Positions 1 to 12,000 of a stretch of DNA of 64,000 bases are shown piece by piece. The stretch spans positions 37,230,424 to 37,294,423 of the forward strand of contig NC_092395.1 in assembly GCF_030028105.1 (NCBI RefSeq), given 5' to 3'. Every line of letters begins with the position of its first letter. Within the stretch, counting starts at the first letter, position 1. Source of the DNA: Mobula birostris (Eukaryota). Both the position numbers and the translations under genes were made by a program. The notes under the pieces were generated by a model, which saw only the letters and a program-made list of their open reading frames with translations, was not told the DNA's origin and did not search any database.

Positions 1-50
1 GCATTTTGTGTGTGTTGCTTGAATTTCCAGCATCTGCAGATTTCCCCATG
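1..50. repeat. Fragment of the abundant Penelope-like terminal repeat (distal end)
   Basis: gcattttgtgtgtgttgcttgaatttccagcatctgcagatttcc recurs in related form at ~8490, 42400, 45020 and 52620. Confidence 0.55.
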
Positions 51-59
51 TTTACACTT

Positions 60-850
60 AAATCAACACTACCTAGGACAGAAGGAGAAAGAGGAGTAAC
101 AGACATAAACATTGTACACAACAGTCAGACAAAAATTCTATGGATATATTTTCATCAGCGAAAACAGGATTCAGCACTCCACGCGAGCGCATGCAATTCT
201 GATAAGGAGTACACACCACTAAACTTAAATGAAAGCACAACCCAGAAAAATGAAGAAATTATCACCACAGAAGAAAAAGTTAGCAAATGGAAGAGCCTGA
301 CCCTCCATGGAAGACATCGCCAGCATCTGAGCAGACGAGATGTTGGCAACGAAGTGTTGAATGCCTGGCTCAGAGATGCGACCTCTTCCCGGAAACAGAG
401 ATCCTTGTGGCAATACAAGACCAGGTGGTTACCATGAAAAAAATATCAAAAATACATAATAAAAGACCAATGAATTCAAGATGATAAATGCAGCAAATGC
501 CAAGAGAAACCAGAAACAATCTAACAAATTACAAAATATGCAGCAATTTAACTCAATCTGATTACTTATACAGACTGAATCAAGTGGCAAACATCATTCA
601 TCAAAAGTTTGAGTTAAAATACAAATTCATAAATGAAATCACACTTTACTATAAATATAAGCCTGACCCAGTTTTAGAGTTAGCCCTACAAATTATATTA
701 TGACTGATCCATTATTACAGATAGGATAATCCATAAAATCTGTCCAGATGTTATATTACAGAATAAACAAGCAAGAACAACTTACTTAATAGACATAGCC
801 ATTCCAAACACACATAGCATACAAAATCAGTAAGTGAAAAACACTAGAAA
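60..850 (+). mobile_element. Decayed R4/Dong-clade non-LTR retrotransposon fragment (post-RT, CCHC and restriction-like endonuclease region); boundaries approximate
   Basis: Frameshifted peptides WKSLTLHGRH, LFPETE-LVAIQDQVV, KCSKCQEKPETI, NQVANIIHQK, YKYKPDPVLE, PDVIL..., LIDIAIPNT match the R4/Dong C-terminal motif order. Confidence 0.7.
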
Positions 851-854
851 TATT

Positions 855-1490
855 CCGAATTAAAAGAGGAAATACAAATGCAAACATCAAACAAGTCAAC
901 AAATTCAGATATCTTGGCAGCCTAATAACAAGTAATAGCAGGTGCGACACAGATATCAAATACAGAATAGCAATGGCGAAAGAAGCATTCCAAAAAATGA
1001 AGACCATATTAACAGACAGAAAGTTGAGCACGTACACTAAAAACAGAATACTGCAGTGCTACGTTTATTTTATCCTGACTTACGGAAGTGAATGCTGGAC
1101 CATTTCCCCAGCAATGGAAAAGAGACTAGAAGCAGCTGAATTATGGTTCTACAGGAGAAAGTTAAAAATATCATGGACCACACACACATCAAATGAAGAA
1201 GTTCTCAGAAGAGCCCAAGCAGTTAGATCACTCACATCAACAATAAGAGAAAGACAACTCAGATTCCTAGGACACATCATGCGGAAAGATGAACTAGAAA
1301 AACTCACGCTCTCTGGAAAGATTGAGGGGAGCAAACCTAGAGGAAGACCTCAGCTTATGTACATCAAAAGCATAGCCAGGTGGTTACACATCGAGGAAAT
1401 GGAAGTCATCCAAAGAATGAAGGATAGATCTATATGGAAAACCATGGTCACCAAAGTCCGCATCGGATATGGTACCTAGACAGACAGATA
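855..1490 (+). mobile_element. RTE-clade LINE 3' fragment
   Basis: KQVNKFRYLGS, RIAMAKEAF, ILTYGSECWT, RQLRFLGHIMR, GKIEGSKPRGRP in and just upstream of ORF 973-1479; (GACA)n tail at 1478-1489. Confidence 0.85.
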
Positions 1491-1749
1491 AAAGAGGAAA
1501 ATAAAAGACTATGGAACATGGACAAGGTATACTTTGTCACAATAGTAATATCTACAACTGGCATCATCCCAAAGTCATTACACAACTGCATTAAATAATT
1601 AGGCCTGCACAGCAATATTTATGTAGATCTTCAGAAAGCCACAATACTAAACACCACTAGAATAGTCCAAAAGTTCATAGCAATTGAGAAATGAGTGTGC
1701 TTGGCTATGCCTGCACCTCAGGTTTTACCAGCTTGAGCTGAGAAAAAAT

Positions 1750-2790
1750 AAAAATAATAATATATAAATAATAACTGTCAAGAACATGAGATGAAGAGCG
1801 AATCAATAGGTTGTGTGATCAGTTTGGTGATGGTGCGAGTGAAGTTATCCTCTCTGGTTCAAGAGCCTGATGGTTGCGGGGTAGTAACTGTTCCTGAATT
1901 TGGTGGTGTGGGTCCAGGGGCTCCTGTACCTTCTTCCTGATGGCAGCAGTAAGGAGAGAGTAGGACTGGATAGTGGACATTGAATCCTTGGACACTCCTT
2001 TTTCAACATATAGTATTTGTTTTTTGCACGATTTTTAATTGATTCAATAAATGTATACTGCATAAAGTATACTGAATGAGATTTACTTTTTATTATTATT
2101 ATATATTTTTTCTTCTATATTATGTATTGCATTGAACTGCTGCTGTTAAGTTAACAAATTTCACATCACATGCCGGTGATAATAAACCTGATTCTGATTC
2201 TGATGGACTGGGCTGTATCCATTACATTTTGTAAGCATTCCCGTTCAAGGGCATTGGTGTTTCCATACCAGACCATGATGCAATCAGTCAATATACTAAC
2301 CCCTGCAGATCTATAGAAATTAGATAACAAGCCAAATCTTTGCAAACTTTTAAGAAAGTAGAGGCACTGCAGGGCTTTCTTCGTAATGGCACTTACGTGC
2401 TGGACCAAGGACAGATCCTCTGAAATGATAACACTGAGGAATTTAAAGTTGCTGATCCTCTCCACCTCTCATTTCCCAAAGAGGACTGGCTCATGGGTTT
2501 CCTTCATCTGAAGCCAATAATCAGCTCCTCTGTCTTGCTGACATTGAGTGAGAGGGTGTTCTTGTGGCACCGCTCAGCCAGAATTTCCATCTCCCTCCCA
2601 TCCGCTGATTCATCACCCTCTTTGATTTGGCCTATGACAGTGGTGTCGAGAGCAAACTTAAATATGGCATTGGAGCTGTGCGTAGCCTCAGTCATAAGTA
2701 TAAAGTGAGTAGAGCAGGGGCTAAGCACACAGCCTTGTGGTGCAACTGTGCTAATGGAAAGTATGAAGGAGACCAGAGATGATAAGGGCT
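1750..2790 (-). mobile_element. Rex1/Babar-like LINE fragments (two adjacent decayed pieces); boundaries approximate
   Basis: Minus-strand peptides APQGCVLSP, LSLNVSKTEELII, SILTDCIMVWYGN, LLPSGRRYRS; (TCTGAT)n tail near 2188-2203. Confidence 0.8.
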
Positions 2791-3934
2791 GGTGCCCATG
2801 CACGCCCCCCCCCCCCCGGGTCAGTGAGTCATAGGTGGATTCCGGGGCTGGAGTTCTGTGTAGGCTGGAGACACAAGGGCCATTGACCCCCTAGGTATCC
2901 AAATCAATGAGAAGAATAACGTCAATCTCTGGGATCCCTTAAGCCTGGAACAATTATAATCAATCTCTTACAGAACGTGTCCTTTCCAAAGCCTTCACTT
3001 AGCTCCTGTAGGCCTGAAGAAATTAAAAATCTGCAAAACAACTGGTTGGACCAAGTCAAAGGCACTGGACGAATAGACACAACAAATGACTGTTCTTATG
3101 ACCATCATCTTATGAACTCATTCTCCGAATTAACTCTTTCTGGAGGGAAGTAAGTGCCAGAGAATATAATTAAGGCTTTGGTGATAACAGCTAACTCTGA
3201 GATCGTTTCCAGGTAAGAAGTTATTTGTGGGTGCTCTTTGATAAGGTTGAAGAATCAATGCAGGTTTATAAGAAGAGTACACTTTGTTTCTAAAGTGAAA
3301 TAACCTGACCCCAGAGTCTGACTTGAACTGGCTGTAACTGGTTTGAAATAGGCTGATTCAGGACAAAAAAAAACAAAGAAATGACACAGGAGACATATCC
3401 TTATTTGGTAGAAGAGCAATGGGATAATGGTAACTGTAGTTATGGGCTAGAGCCAATGTAAAGTGGTCACAGGCTAGCCAGATAAAACTAGAACTAATGG
3501 AATCAGACCCTTCCCTTCATCTAAGACACTACCTCATTACTTGTCTTCAAAATTATTGATTTATTTTTGTAATTTGTAGTAATTTTTACACCTTGCACTG
3601 GGCTGCTGCCACAAAACTCAAGTGTCATGATATATGTCAGCAATCATAAACCTGATTCTGATAATGGTTCAGAACTGAGAAACAAAAAAAAGATAAAGAA
3701 TTTCAGAGGTAGAGCACGGAGAGCTCTGGAGACTAATTATCGCAAGGAAGACAGCCATGCCTGTGGCAGGGAGATGGCTAATCTTTGGCCAATAGGAGAT
3801 CCCCAATTTCAGTGGTAAGTGAGAAATAGACTAGGTAAGTACTGGTACTGAAGGAGCAATAGCATTCAGAAATTGTTGACTTGGGGTCAACATGATTTAC
3901 ATGGACATTTGCATTGTTATCATAAAGTTGACAC

Positions 3935-4222
3935 TGTAGCGGTGTGCTACACACAGCGCTAGAATAACCACACGGAGCCGGTGAGTTAGAGTTGCGATGA
4001 AAGAGATTTATTCAAACTTCGCGGCCTGCTTTAAAGCCTTCCCGTTCCCGCCCTCCCTGGGACGGGACTGCTGTGGGGAATGCATATTCCCAGACCCTTT
4101 CCGCGCGCGGGACTTTCCCCCTGCTGGTAAAGATGGCCTGGCGCCATTTTTGGGGCCGGCCCTCTGCCTGCGTGCGCTGTTTTGTGAGCCGGTTCGTGTG
4201 TGCTAGAAAGTGGGTCGCCACA
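3935..4222 (-). repeat. Gypsy 3' LTR (288 bp)
   Basis: Direct repeat of 7976-8261; preceded on the minus strand by a polypurine tract GGGCGGGAGGGGGG (+ strand 4226-4239); AATAAA on the minus strand. Confidence 0.95.
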
Positions 4223-4297
4223 TAACCCCCCTCCCGCCCAAGAACCGGCGATACCTCCCCCAATGTCCACAGTCTGGATCGGCCTCTGTTTGGGAGG

Positions 4298-6760
4298 TCA
4301 GCCCCTGCGCCGCAGTGCCTGAGCCTGGACCGGCTGCGCCAAGTCCACATGGGCCGGTTCGAGTTGGTCCACCGTGAAAACCTCCTCTCTCCCCCCAATG
4401 TCCAGCACGGACGTGGACCCGTTGTTCCTGATCACCTTAAACGGCCCCTCGGAGGGCCGCTGCAGTGGTGCCCGGTGTCCGCCCCGCCGTACAAAAAGAA
4501 ACTTACAGTTCTGCAGGTCTTTGGGTATGCAGGTCGGGCTCTGTCCGTGCTGTGAAGTGGGGATGGGGGCCAGGTTACCGAGCCTCTCACGTAGTCTGTC
4601 CAGGACTGCTGTGGGTTCTTCCTCTTGCCCCCTTGGGGCTGGTATGAACTCTCCTGGGACTACCAGGGGTGCGCTGTACACCAACTCGGCCGGCGAGGTG
4701 TGCAGATCCCCCTTGGGCACCGTGCGGATTCCGAGCAGGACCCAGGGAAGCTCGTCCACCCAGTTAGGCCCCTCCAGGCGGGCCATGAGAGCCGATTTCA
4801 GGTGACGGTGGAAACGCTCCACTAGTCCGTTCGACTGTGGGTGGTAGGCAGTTGTATGGTGTAGCTGAGATCCTAAAAGGTTGGCCATAGCTGACCACAG
4901 GCTGGAGGTGAACTGGGCGCCCCTGTCGGAGGTAATGTGGGCTGGTACCCCGAAGCGGGCTACCCAGGTTGCGATCAGTGCTCAGGCGCAGGATTCGGAG
5001 GTGGTGTCGGTGAGCGGGACTGCCTCTGGCCATCTGGTGAACCAGTCTACGATAGTTAGGAGGTACCGCGCTCCTCATGACACTAGCAGGGGCCCCACGA
5101 TATCCACATGGATGTGGTCGAACCTCTGGGGGGTGGGTTTGAACTGCTGCGGCGGAGCCTTGGCGTGCCGCTGCACCTTGGCCGTTTGGCACTGCATGCA
5201 CGTTTTGGCCCATTCACTGACCTGCTTACGCAGCCCATGCCACACGAACCTGTTGGCGACCAGCCGGACAGTTGTCCTGAAGGAGGGGTGCACTAAGTTG
5301 TGAATGGACTCGAAAACCCGCCGGCACCAGGCTGCTGGGACGACGGGGCGGGGTTGGCCGGTAGCTACGTCACATAGTGGGGTCCTCTCACCTGGGCCTA
5401 CGGGGAGGTCTTGGAGCTGCAAACCGGAGACCACAGTCCTGTAACTGGGGATCTCAGCGTCTGCCTGCTGTGCCTCTGCCAGCGCTTCATAGTCCACCCC
5501 CTGGGACAAGGCCTGTATGGTAGGTCTGGATAGTGCGTCCGCCACGACGTTGTCCTTTCCAGAGACATGCCGGATGTCCGTCGTGTACTCGGAGATGTAG
5601 GACAGATGTCGCTGCTGGCAGGACGACCAGGGGTCGGACACCTTCATGAACGCAAAGGTAAGCGGTTTGTGGTCTGTGAACGCGGTGAAGGGCCTACCTT
5701 CTAAGAAGTATCTGAAATGCCGGATTGCCAGGTATAGTGCCAATAGCTCCCGGTCGAAAGCACTGTATTTGAGTTTAGGTGGTCGTAGATGTTTGCTAAA
5801 GAACGCCAGGGGCTGCCAGCGACCCTCAATGAATTGTTCCAGCACTCCACCGACTGCTGTGTTGGATGTGTCCACCGTGAGGGCAGTAGGAACGTCCGTT
5901 CTGGGGTGCACTAGCACCGCGGCGTTTGCCAAGGCTTCTTTGGTTTTAACAAAAGCCGTTGCGGCCTCTTCATCCCAGGTACTGTCCTTGCCCTTACCCG
6001 ACATTAGAGTGAACAGGAGTCGCATGGTTCGGGCTGCTGAGGGGAGGAAACGGTGGTAGAAATTCACCATACCCATGAATTCCTGCAGGCCTTTGATTGT
6101 GTTGGGTCGGGGGAAGTTGCGGACCGTGTCTACCTTGGCGGGCAGCGGGGTTGCCCCGTCTTTAGTAATCCTGTGGCCCAGGAAGTCGATGGTGTCGAGT
6201 CCGAACTGGCATTTGGCTGGGTTGATTGTAAGGCCGAATTCGCTCAGGCGGGAGTAGAGCTGGCGGAGGTGGGACAGATGCTCCTGCCGACTACTGCTGG
6301 CTGTGAGGATGTCGTCCAAATAGATGAATGCAAAGTCCAGGTCACATCCCACCGCGTCCATTAGCCGCTGGAAAGTCTGTGCGGCATTCTTTAGACCAAA
6401 AGGCATTCGGAGGAATTCGAAAAGTCCGAACGGTGTGATAAGTGCTGTTTTGGGGATGTCGTCCGGATGTACAGGGATTTGATGGTATCCCCGGACGAGG
6501 TCTACCTTGGAAAAGATCCTTGCGCCTTGTAGGCTTGCTGCGAAGTCTTGAATGTGCGGTACAGGGTAGCGGTCTGGCGTTGTAGCCTCGTTCAGTCTGC
6601 GGTAGTCACCGCATGGTCTCCAGCCCCCCATTGCCTTGGGCACCATGTGAAGGGGGGGAGGCCCATGGGCTGTCGGACTATCATATGATCCCCAATTCCT
6701 CCACCTTCTTGAACTCCTCCTTCGCCAGTCGGAGTTTGTCCGGGGGAAGCCTTCAAGCAC
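4298..6760 (-). pseudogene. Gypsy pol (RT, RNase H, integrase), broken by frameshifts
   Basis: ORF 5075-6760 ([42 protein letters not shown]) and ORF 4298-4888 (integrase core, GPF/GPY-like end) are separated by a frameshifted stretch. Confidence 0.9.
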
Positions 6761-6963
6761 GGCCGTGGAGGGGTGGTCCCTGGGTTGGGATGTGGTGCTG
6801 TACTCCGTGTCTGGGCATGGCTGCCGTGAACTGTGGTGTCAGTACTGATGGGAAATCCGCCAGGACCCTGTGAATTCGTCGTCGGACAGCGTGATGGAGT
6901 CCAGGTGTGAGGCTGGCAACTGTCCTTCACCCAGGGAGAACGTTTGAAAAGTCTTGGGGTGGA

Positions 6964-7935
6964 CTAATCGCTTCCCTTGCAGGTCGACCAGCAGGCTGTG
7001 GGCTCGTAGAAAATCCGCCCCCAGGAGTGGTTGGCCACGGCGGCCAGTGTGAAGTCCCACGTGAACCGGCTGGAGCTGAACTGTAGCTGCACCGTGCGGG
7101 TGCCGTAGGTTCGTATTGTGCTGCCATTTGCGGCCCTCAGGGTGGGTCCCGGTTCTCTGTTGCGGGTATCATAACTCGTTGGAGGTAAGACGCTGATCTC
7201 CGCTCTGGTGTCGACCAAAAAGCAGCGTCCCGACTGCTTGTCCCAGACATACAGGAGGCTGCCCTGGCGTTTCCCGGGAATTTGCAGGGTGGTCTGCAGC
7301 GGCGGGCCTCTGTGCCCCACCGCTGGTAGTAGAAGCTCCTCACTCCCGTCGCCGGGTTTTGTAGGCTCTGCTGCCGGGCCTGGTCTGGTCTGTCGTTGGG
7401 CACGCGGCTTGGTGATCTGTGCGACGGACGCCCCTCTCTCTTTCCTGGCATTCCACAGCACACCTGCTCGGGCCACCACCTCCCGGGGGTCGCTGAAATC
7501 TGCGTCGGACAGCAGCAGGCATATGTCCTCGGGCAGTTGCTCTAGGAACGCCTGCTCAAACATGAGGCAGGGTTTGTGTCCTTCAGCCAGGGCCAGCATC
7601 TCGTTCATTAATGCTGACGGCGGCCTGTCTCCCAAACCATCCAGGAGCATTAAGCGGCGTGCTCGCTTGTGCCGTGAGAGACCGGAAGTCCTTATGAGCA
7701 GGGCTTTGAATGCTGTGTATTTGCCGTCCTCCGGGGGCGACTGTATAAACTCCTCAACTTGTGCAGCTGTCTCCTGGTCAAGTGAGCTCAGCACATAGTA
7801 GTAGCGAGTGGACTCCGAGGTTATCTGCCGAATGTGGAATTGAGCTTCTGCTTGTTCGAACCATAAATGGGGTCGCAGCGTCCAGAAGCTTGACAGTTTT
7901 AACAAAACTGCATGAACAGATGCAGCGTCGGTCAT
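6964..7935 (-). pseudogene. Gypsy gag and protease, decayed
   Basis: MTDAASVHAVLLKLSSFW...; zinc-knuckle remnant YYQRWGTEARRCRPPC in another frame; protease catalytic DTG mutated to DTR. Confidence 0.85.
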
Positions 7936-7959
7936 CTCTGGTCCAAATATCGTTTGGGC

Positions 7960-7973
7960 CGTCGGGATCACCA
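7960..7973 (-). other. Primer-binding site complementary to the tRNA-Trp 3' end
   Basis: Minus strand TGGTGATCCCGACG just inside the 5' LTR; one mismatch to the known Trp PBS TGGTGACCCCGACG. Confidence 0.8.
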
Positions 7974-7975
7974 AA

Positions 7976-8261
7976 TGTAGTGGTGTGCTACACACAGCGC
8001 TAGAATAACCACACAGAGTCGGTGAGTTAGAGTTGCGATGAAAGAGATTTATTCAAACTTCACGGCCTGCTTTAAAGCCTTCCCGTTCCCACCCTCCCTG
8101 GGGCGGGACTGCTGTGGGGAATGCATATTCCCAGACCCTTTCCGCGCGCGGGATTCTCCCCCTGCTGGTGAAGATGGTCTGGCGCCCTTTTTGGGGCCGG
8201 CCCTCTGCCTGCGCGCGCTGTTGTGAGCCGGTTCGTGGGTGCCAGAAAGTGGGTCGCCACA
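7976..8261 (-). repeat. Gypsy 5' LTR (286 bp)
   Basis: About 14 substitutions and one 2-nt indel relative to the 3' LTR (counted by eye), many at CpG. Confidence 0.95.
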
Positions 8262-8399
8262 ACACAATCAAGTTGCAAGTTTTTTGGATTAATTATAAAG
8301 TTTGTAGGATTCATGTAGTCATTTACTTAAGTTAGATGACCAAGGTAAGGGTCAAAACTCCTAAACTGAGATACAAATACAAGACAGAAGTCTGACCCC

Positions 8400-8512
8400 T
8401 TCCCTTTCTAGTCCTGATGAACGGTCTCAGCCCAAAATGATGACTGTTTGCACTTTTCTACAGATGTTGCCTGGCTTGCTGAGCTCCCCCAGCATTTTGT
8501 AGGTGTTGCTTC
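8400..8512 (+). repeat. Penelope-like terminal repeat with decayed minimal hammerhead motif
   Basis: tagtc-CTGATGA-acggtctcagccc-aAAA-tgat-gactg followed by gatgttgcctggcttgctgagctcccccagcattttgt. Confidence 0.65.
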
Positions 8513-8540
8513 TAAATTCTGTTGCCCAGAATTAAACAGT

Positions 8541-8872
8541 TGGGCAACAAGGTAGTATACTGGTTAACACAATCACTTTACAGCACCAGTGATTACCTAT
8601 TGGGGTTCGATTCCTGTCACTATCAGTAGTGACTTTGGACATTCTCACCAAAACCATGTGGGTTTCCTCCAGGGTATCTGGTTTCCTCCCACATTCCAAA
8701 GATGTACAGTTAGAGTTACTGAGTTGTGGGAATGCTACACTGGCACTGGAAGAACGGCAACTCTTACGGGCTACCACCAGCGCAAATTTCAGACTGTGTT
8801 GGTCGTTGATGCAAATTGACACACTTCACTGTATGTTTTGATGTTTCCATGCACAAATAAAGCTAAATCTTT
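8541..8872 (+). mobile_element. tRNA-derived V-SINE (HE1-like)
   Basis: A-box-like 5' end, B-box GGTTCGATTCC near 8604, V-domain core gggtttcctccagggtatctggtttcctcccacattccaaaga, AATAAAGCT tail. Confidence 0.75.
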
Positions 8873-9036
8873 AAAACTAGTAAAATATAACATAAAATAT
8901 GGCTCCAGGCCTTTTGCTTTGTACTTACCCAATATCCCCATGCCTTGACACCTCCATTCTGGCTCTTACCATCATACCCCCAGCCTAACACCATGTTAAA
9001 CTGACATAACAATTAAAAACAGGGGTTTTTAAGGAA

Positions 9037-12000
9037 GATGGATGAGGTCCTGAAGTGTGAGTTTCAGGAACTAGGCAGAAGGCTGAAGAACAGGACCTCA
9101 GGGGCGGCGTTCTCAGGATTGCTGCCAGTGCTACATGACAGTGATGGTAAGAATTGGAGGAAATGGCAGTTGAATGCGTGGCTGTGGAGTTGGTGCAGGG
9201 AGCAGGGCTTTAGATTTTTGGATCATTGGGATCTCTTCTGGGGAAGGTGGGACCTGTACAGATTGGATGGGTTGCACCTGAACTTGAGGGGGAGCAATAA
9301 TCATAGTCATAGTCATACCTTATTGATCCCGGGGGAGATTGGTTTTTATCACAGTTGCACTATAAATAATTAAATAGTAATAAAACCATAAATAGTTAAA
9401 TAGTAATATGTAAATTATGCCAGTAAATTATGAAATGTCCAGGACCAGCCTATTGGCTCAGGGTGTCTGACCCTCCAAGGGAGGAGTTGTTAAGTTTGAT
9501 GGTCACAGGCAGGAATGACTTCCTATGATGCTCTGTGTTGCATCTCAGTGGAATGAGTCTCTGGCTGAATATACTCCTGTGCCCAACCAGTACATCATGC
9601 AGTGGATGGGAGTCATTATTCAAGATGGCAATATCCTTGCAGGTAGGTTTGCTAGCATGGTTCAGGAGGGTTTAAACTAATTTGCAAGGGGGATGGGACC
9701 GAGAGCAATAGAGCAGTGAAAGAAGTGCATGGAGTAAAGCCAGATCTAACATCCATAGAGAGGCTTTGAGGAAAGAGAAGCAGAATAAACTGTGTAAAGG
9801 CAGTAAGGTAGAAGGGCTGAAGTGTGTGTACCTCAATGCAAGAAGCATCAGGAACAAAGGTGATGAACTGAGAGCTTGGATACATACGTGGAATTATGAT
9901 GTAGTCGCCATTACAGAGACTTGGCTGGCACCAGGGCAGGAATGGATTTTCAATATTCCTGGATTTCAGTGCTTTAAAAGGGATAGACAGGGGGGAAAAG
10001 GGGAGGAGGGGTGGCATTGCTGGTCAGGGATACTATTACAGCTACAGAAAGGGTGGGTAATGTAGCAGGATCCTCTTTTGAGTCAGTATACTCTATTGGG
10101 GGTATTCTATAGGTCCCCTGGTAGCAGGAGAGATACAGAGGAGCAGATTGGGAGGCAGATTTTGGAAAGGTGCAAAAATAACAGGGTTGTTATCATGGGT
10201 GACTTTAACTTCCCTAATATTGATTGGCACCTGATTAGTTCCAAGGGTTTAGATGGGGCAGAGTTTGTTAAGTGTGTCCAGGACGGATTCCTGTCACAGT
10301 ATGTGGACAGGCCGACCAGGGGGAATGCCATACTAGATCTAGTACTAGGTAATGAACTGGGTCAGGTCACAGATCTCTCAGTGGGTGAGCATCTGGGGGA
10401 CAGTGACCACCGCTCCCTGGCCTTTAGCATTATCATGGAAAAGGATAGAATCAGAGAGGACAGGAAAATATTTAATTGAGGAAAGGCAAATTATGAGGCT
10501 ATAAAGCTAGAACTTGCGGGTGTGAATTGGGATGATGTTTTTGCAGCGAAATGTACTATGGACATGTGGTCGATGTTTAGAGATCTCTTGCAGGAGGTTA
10601 GGGATAAATTTGTCCCGGTGAGGAAGATAAAGAATGGTAGGGTGAAGGAACCATGGGTGACAAGTGAGGTGGAAAATCTAGTCAGGTGGAAGAAGGCAGC
10701 ACACATGAGGTTTAGGAAGCAAGGATCAGATGGGTCTATTGAGACATATAGGGAACCAAGAAAGGAGCTTCAGAAGGGGCTGAGAAGAGCAAGAAGGGGG
10801 CATGAGAAGGCTTTGGTGAGTAGGATAAAGGAAAACCCCAAGGAATTCTTCAATTATGTGAAGAACGAAAGGATGACAGGAGTGAAGGTAGGACCAATTA
10901 GAGATAAGGGTGGGAAGAAGTGCGTGGAGGCTGTGGAAGTGAGCGAGGTCCTCAATGAATACTTCTCTTCAGTATTCACCAATAAGAGGGAACTTGATGA
11001 TGGTGAGGACAATATGAGTGAGGTTGATGTTCTGGAGCATGTTAATATTAAGGGAGAGGAGGTGTTGGAGTTGTTAAAATACATTAGGACGGATAAGTCG
11101 CCGGGTCCTGACAGAATATTCCCCAGGCTGCTCCATGAGGTGAGTGAAGAGATTGCTGAGCCTCTGGCTAGGAGCTTTATGTCCTCGTCGTCCACAGGAA
11201 TGGTACCGGAGGATTGGAGGGAGGCAAATGTTGTCCCCTTGTTCGAAAAAGGTAGTAGGGATAGTCCGGGTAATTATAGACCAGTGAGCCTTACGTCTGT
11301 GGTGGGATAGCTGTTGGAAAAGATTCTTAGAGATAGGATCCATGGGCATTTAGAGAATCATGGTCTGATCAGGGACAGTCAGCATGGCTTTGTGAAGGGC
11401 AGATCATGTCTAACAAGCCTGATAGAGTTCTTTGAGGAGGTGACCAGGCATATAGATGAGGGTAGTGCAGTGGATGTGATCTATATGGATTTTAGTAAGG
11501 CATTTGACAAGGTTCCACACGGTAGACTTATTCAGAAAGTCAGAAGGCATGGAATCCAGGGAAGTTTGGCCAGGTGGATTCAGAATTGGCTTGCCTGCAG
11601 AAGGCAGAGGGTCATGGTGGAGGGAGTACATTCTGATTGGAGGATTGTGACTAGTGGTGTCCCACGAGGATCTGTTCTGGGACCTCTACTTTTCATGATT
11701 TTTACTAACGACGTGGATGTGGGGGTAGGGGGGTGGGATGGCAAGTTTGCAGACGACACAAAGGTTGGTGGTGTTGTAGATAGTGTAGAGGATTGTCGAA
11801 GATGCAGAGAGACATTGATAGGATGCAGAGGTGGGCTGAGAAGTGGCAGATGGAGTTCAACCTGGAGAAGTGTGAGGTGGTACACTTTGGAAGGACAAAC
11901 TCCAAGGCAGAGTACAAAGTAAATGGCAGGATACTTGGTAGTGTGGAGGAGCAGAGGGATCTGGGGGTACATGTCCACCGACCCTAAAAGTTGCTTCACA

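Larger units (their letters stand above)
3935..8261 (-). mobile_element. Full-length, frameshifted Ty3/Gypsy LTR retrotransposon (gag-PR-RT-RH-IN), 4327 bp, 4-bp TSD ACAC
   Basis: Two LTRs with TG...CA ends; ACAC at 3931-3934 and 8262-8265; gag LKLSSFWTLRPHLWF, protease FLVDTRAEISVLP, RT YLDD, RNase H, integrase HHCC plus HPQSNGLVERFHR; order RT-RH-IN. Confidence 0.97.

Noticed and set aside
5075-6760. Domesticated or active Gypsy pol
   Set aside because: Frameshifts on both sides, mutated protease active site (DTR) and diverged LTRs indicate neutral decay
8541-8620. tRNA gene
   Set aside because: A/B-box-like motifs belong to a SINE head; no cloverleaf
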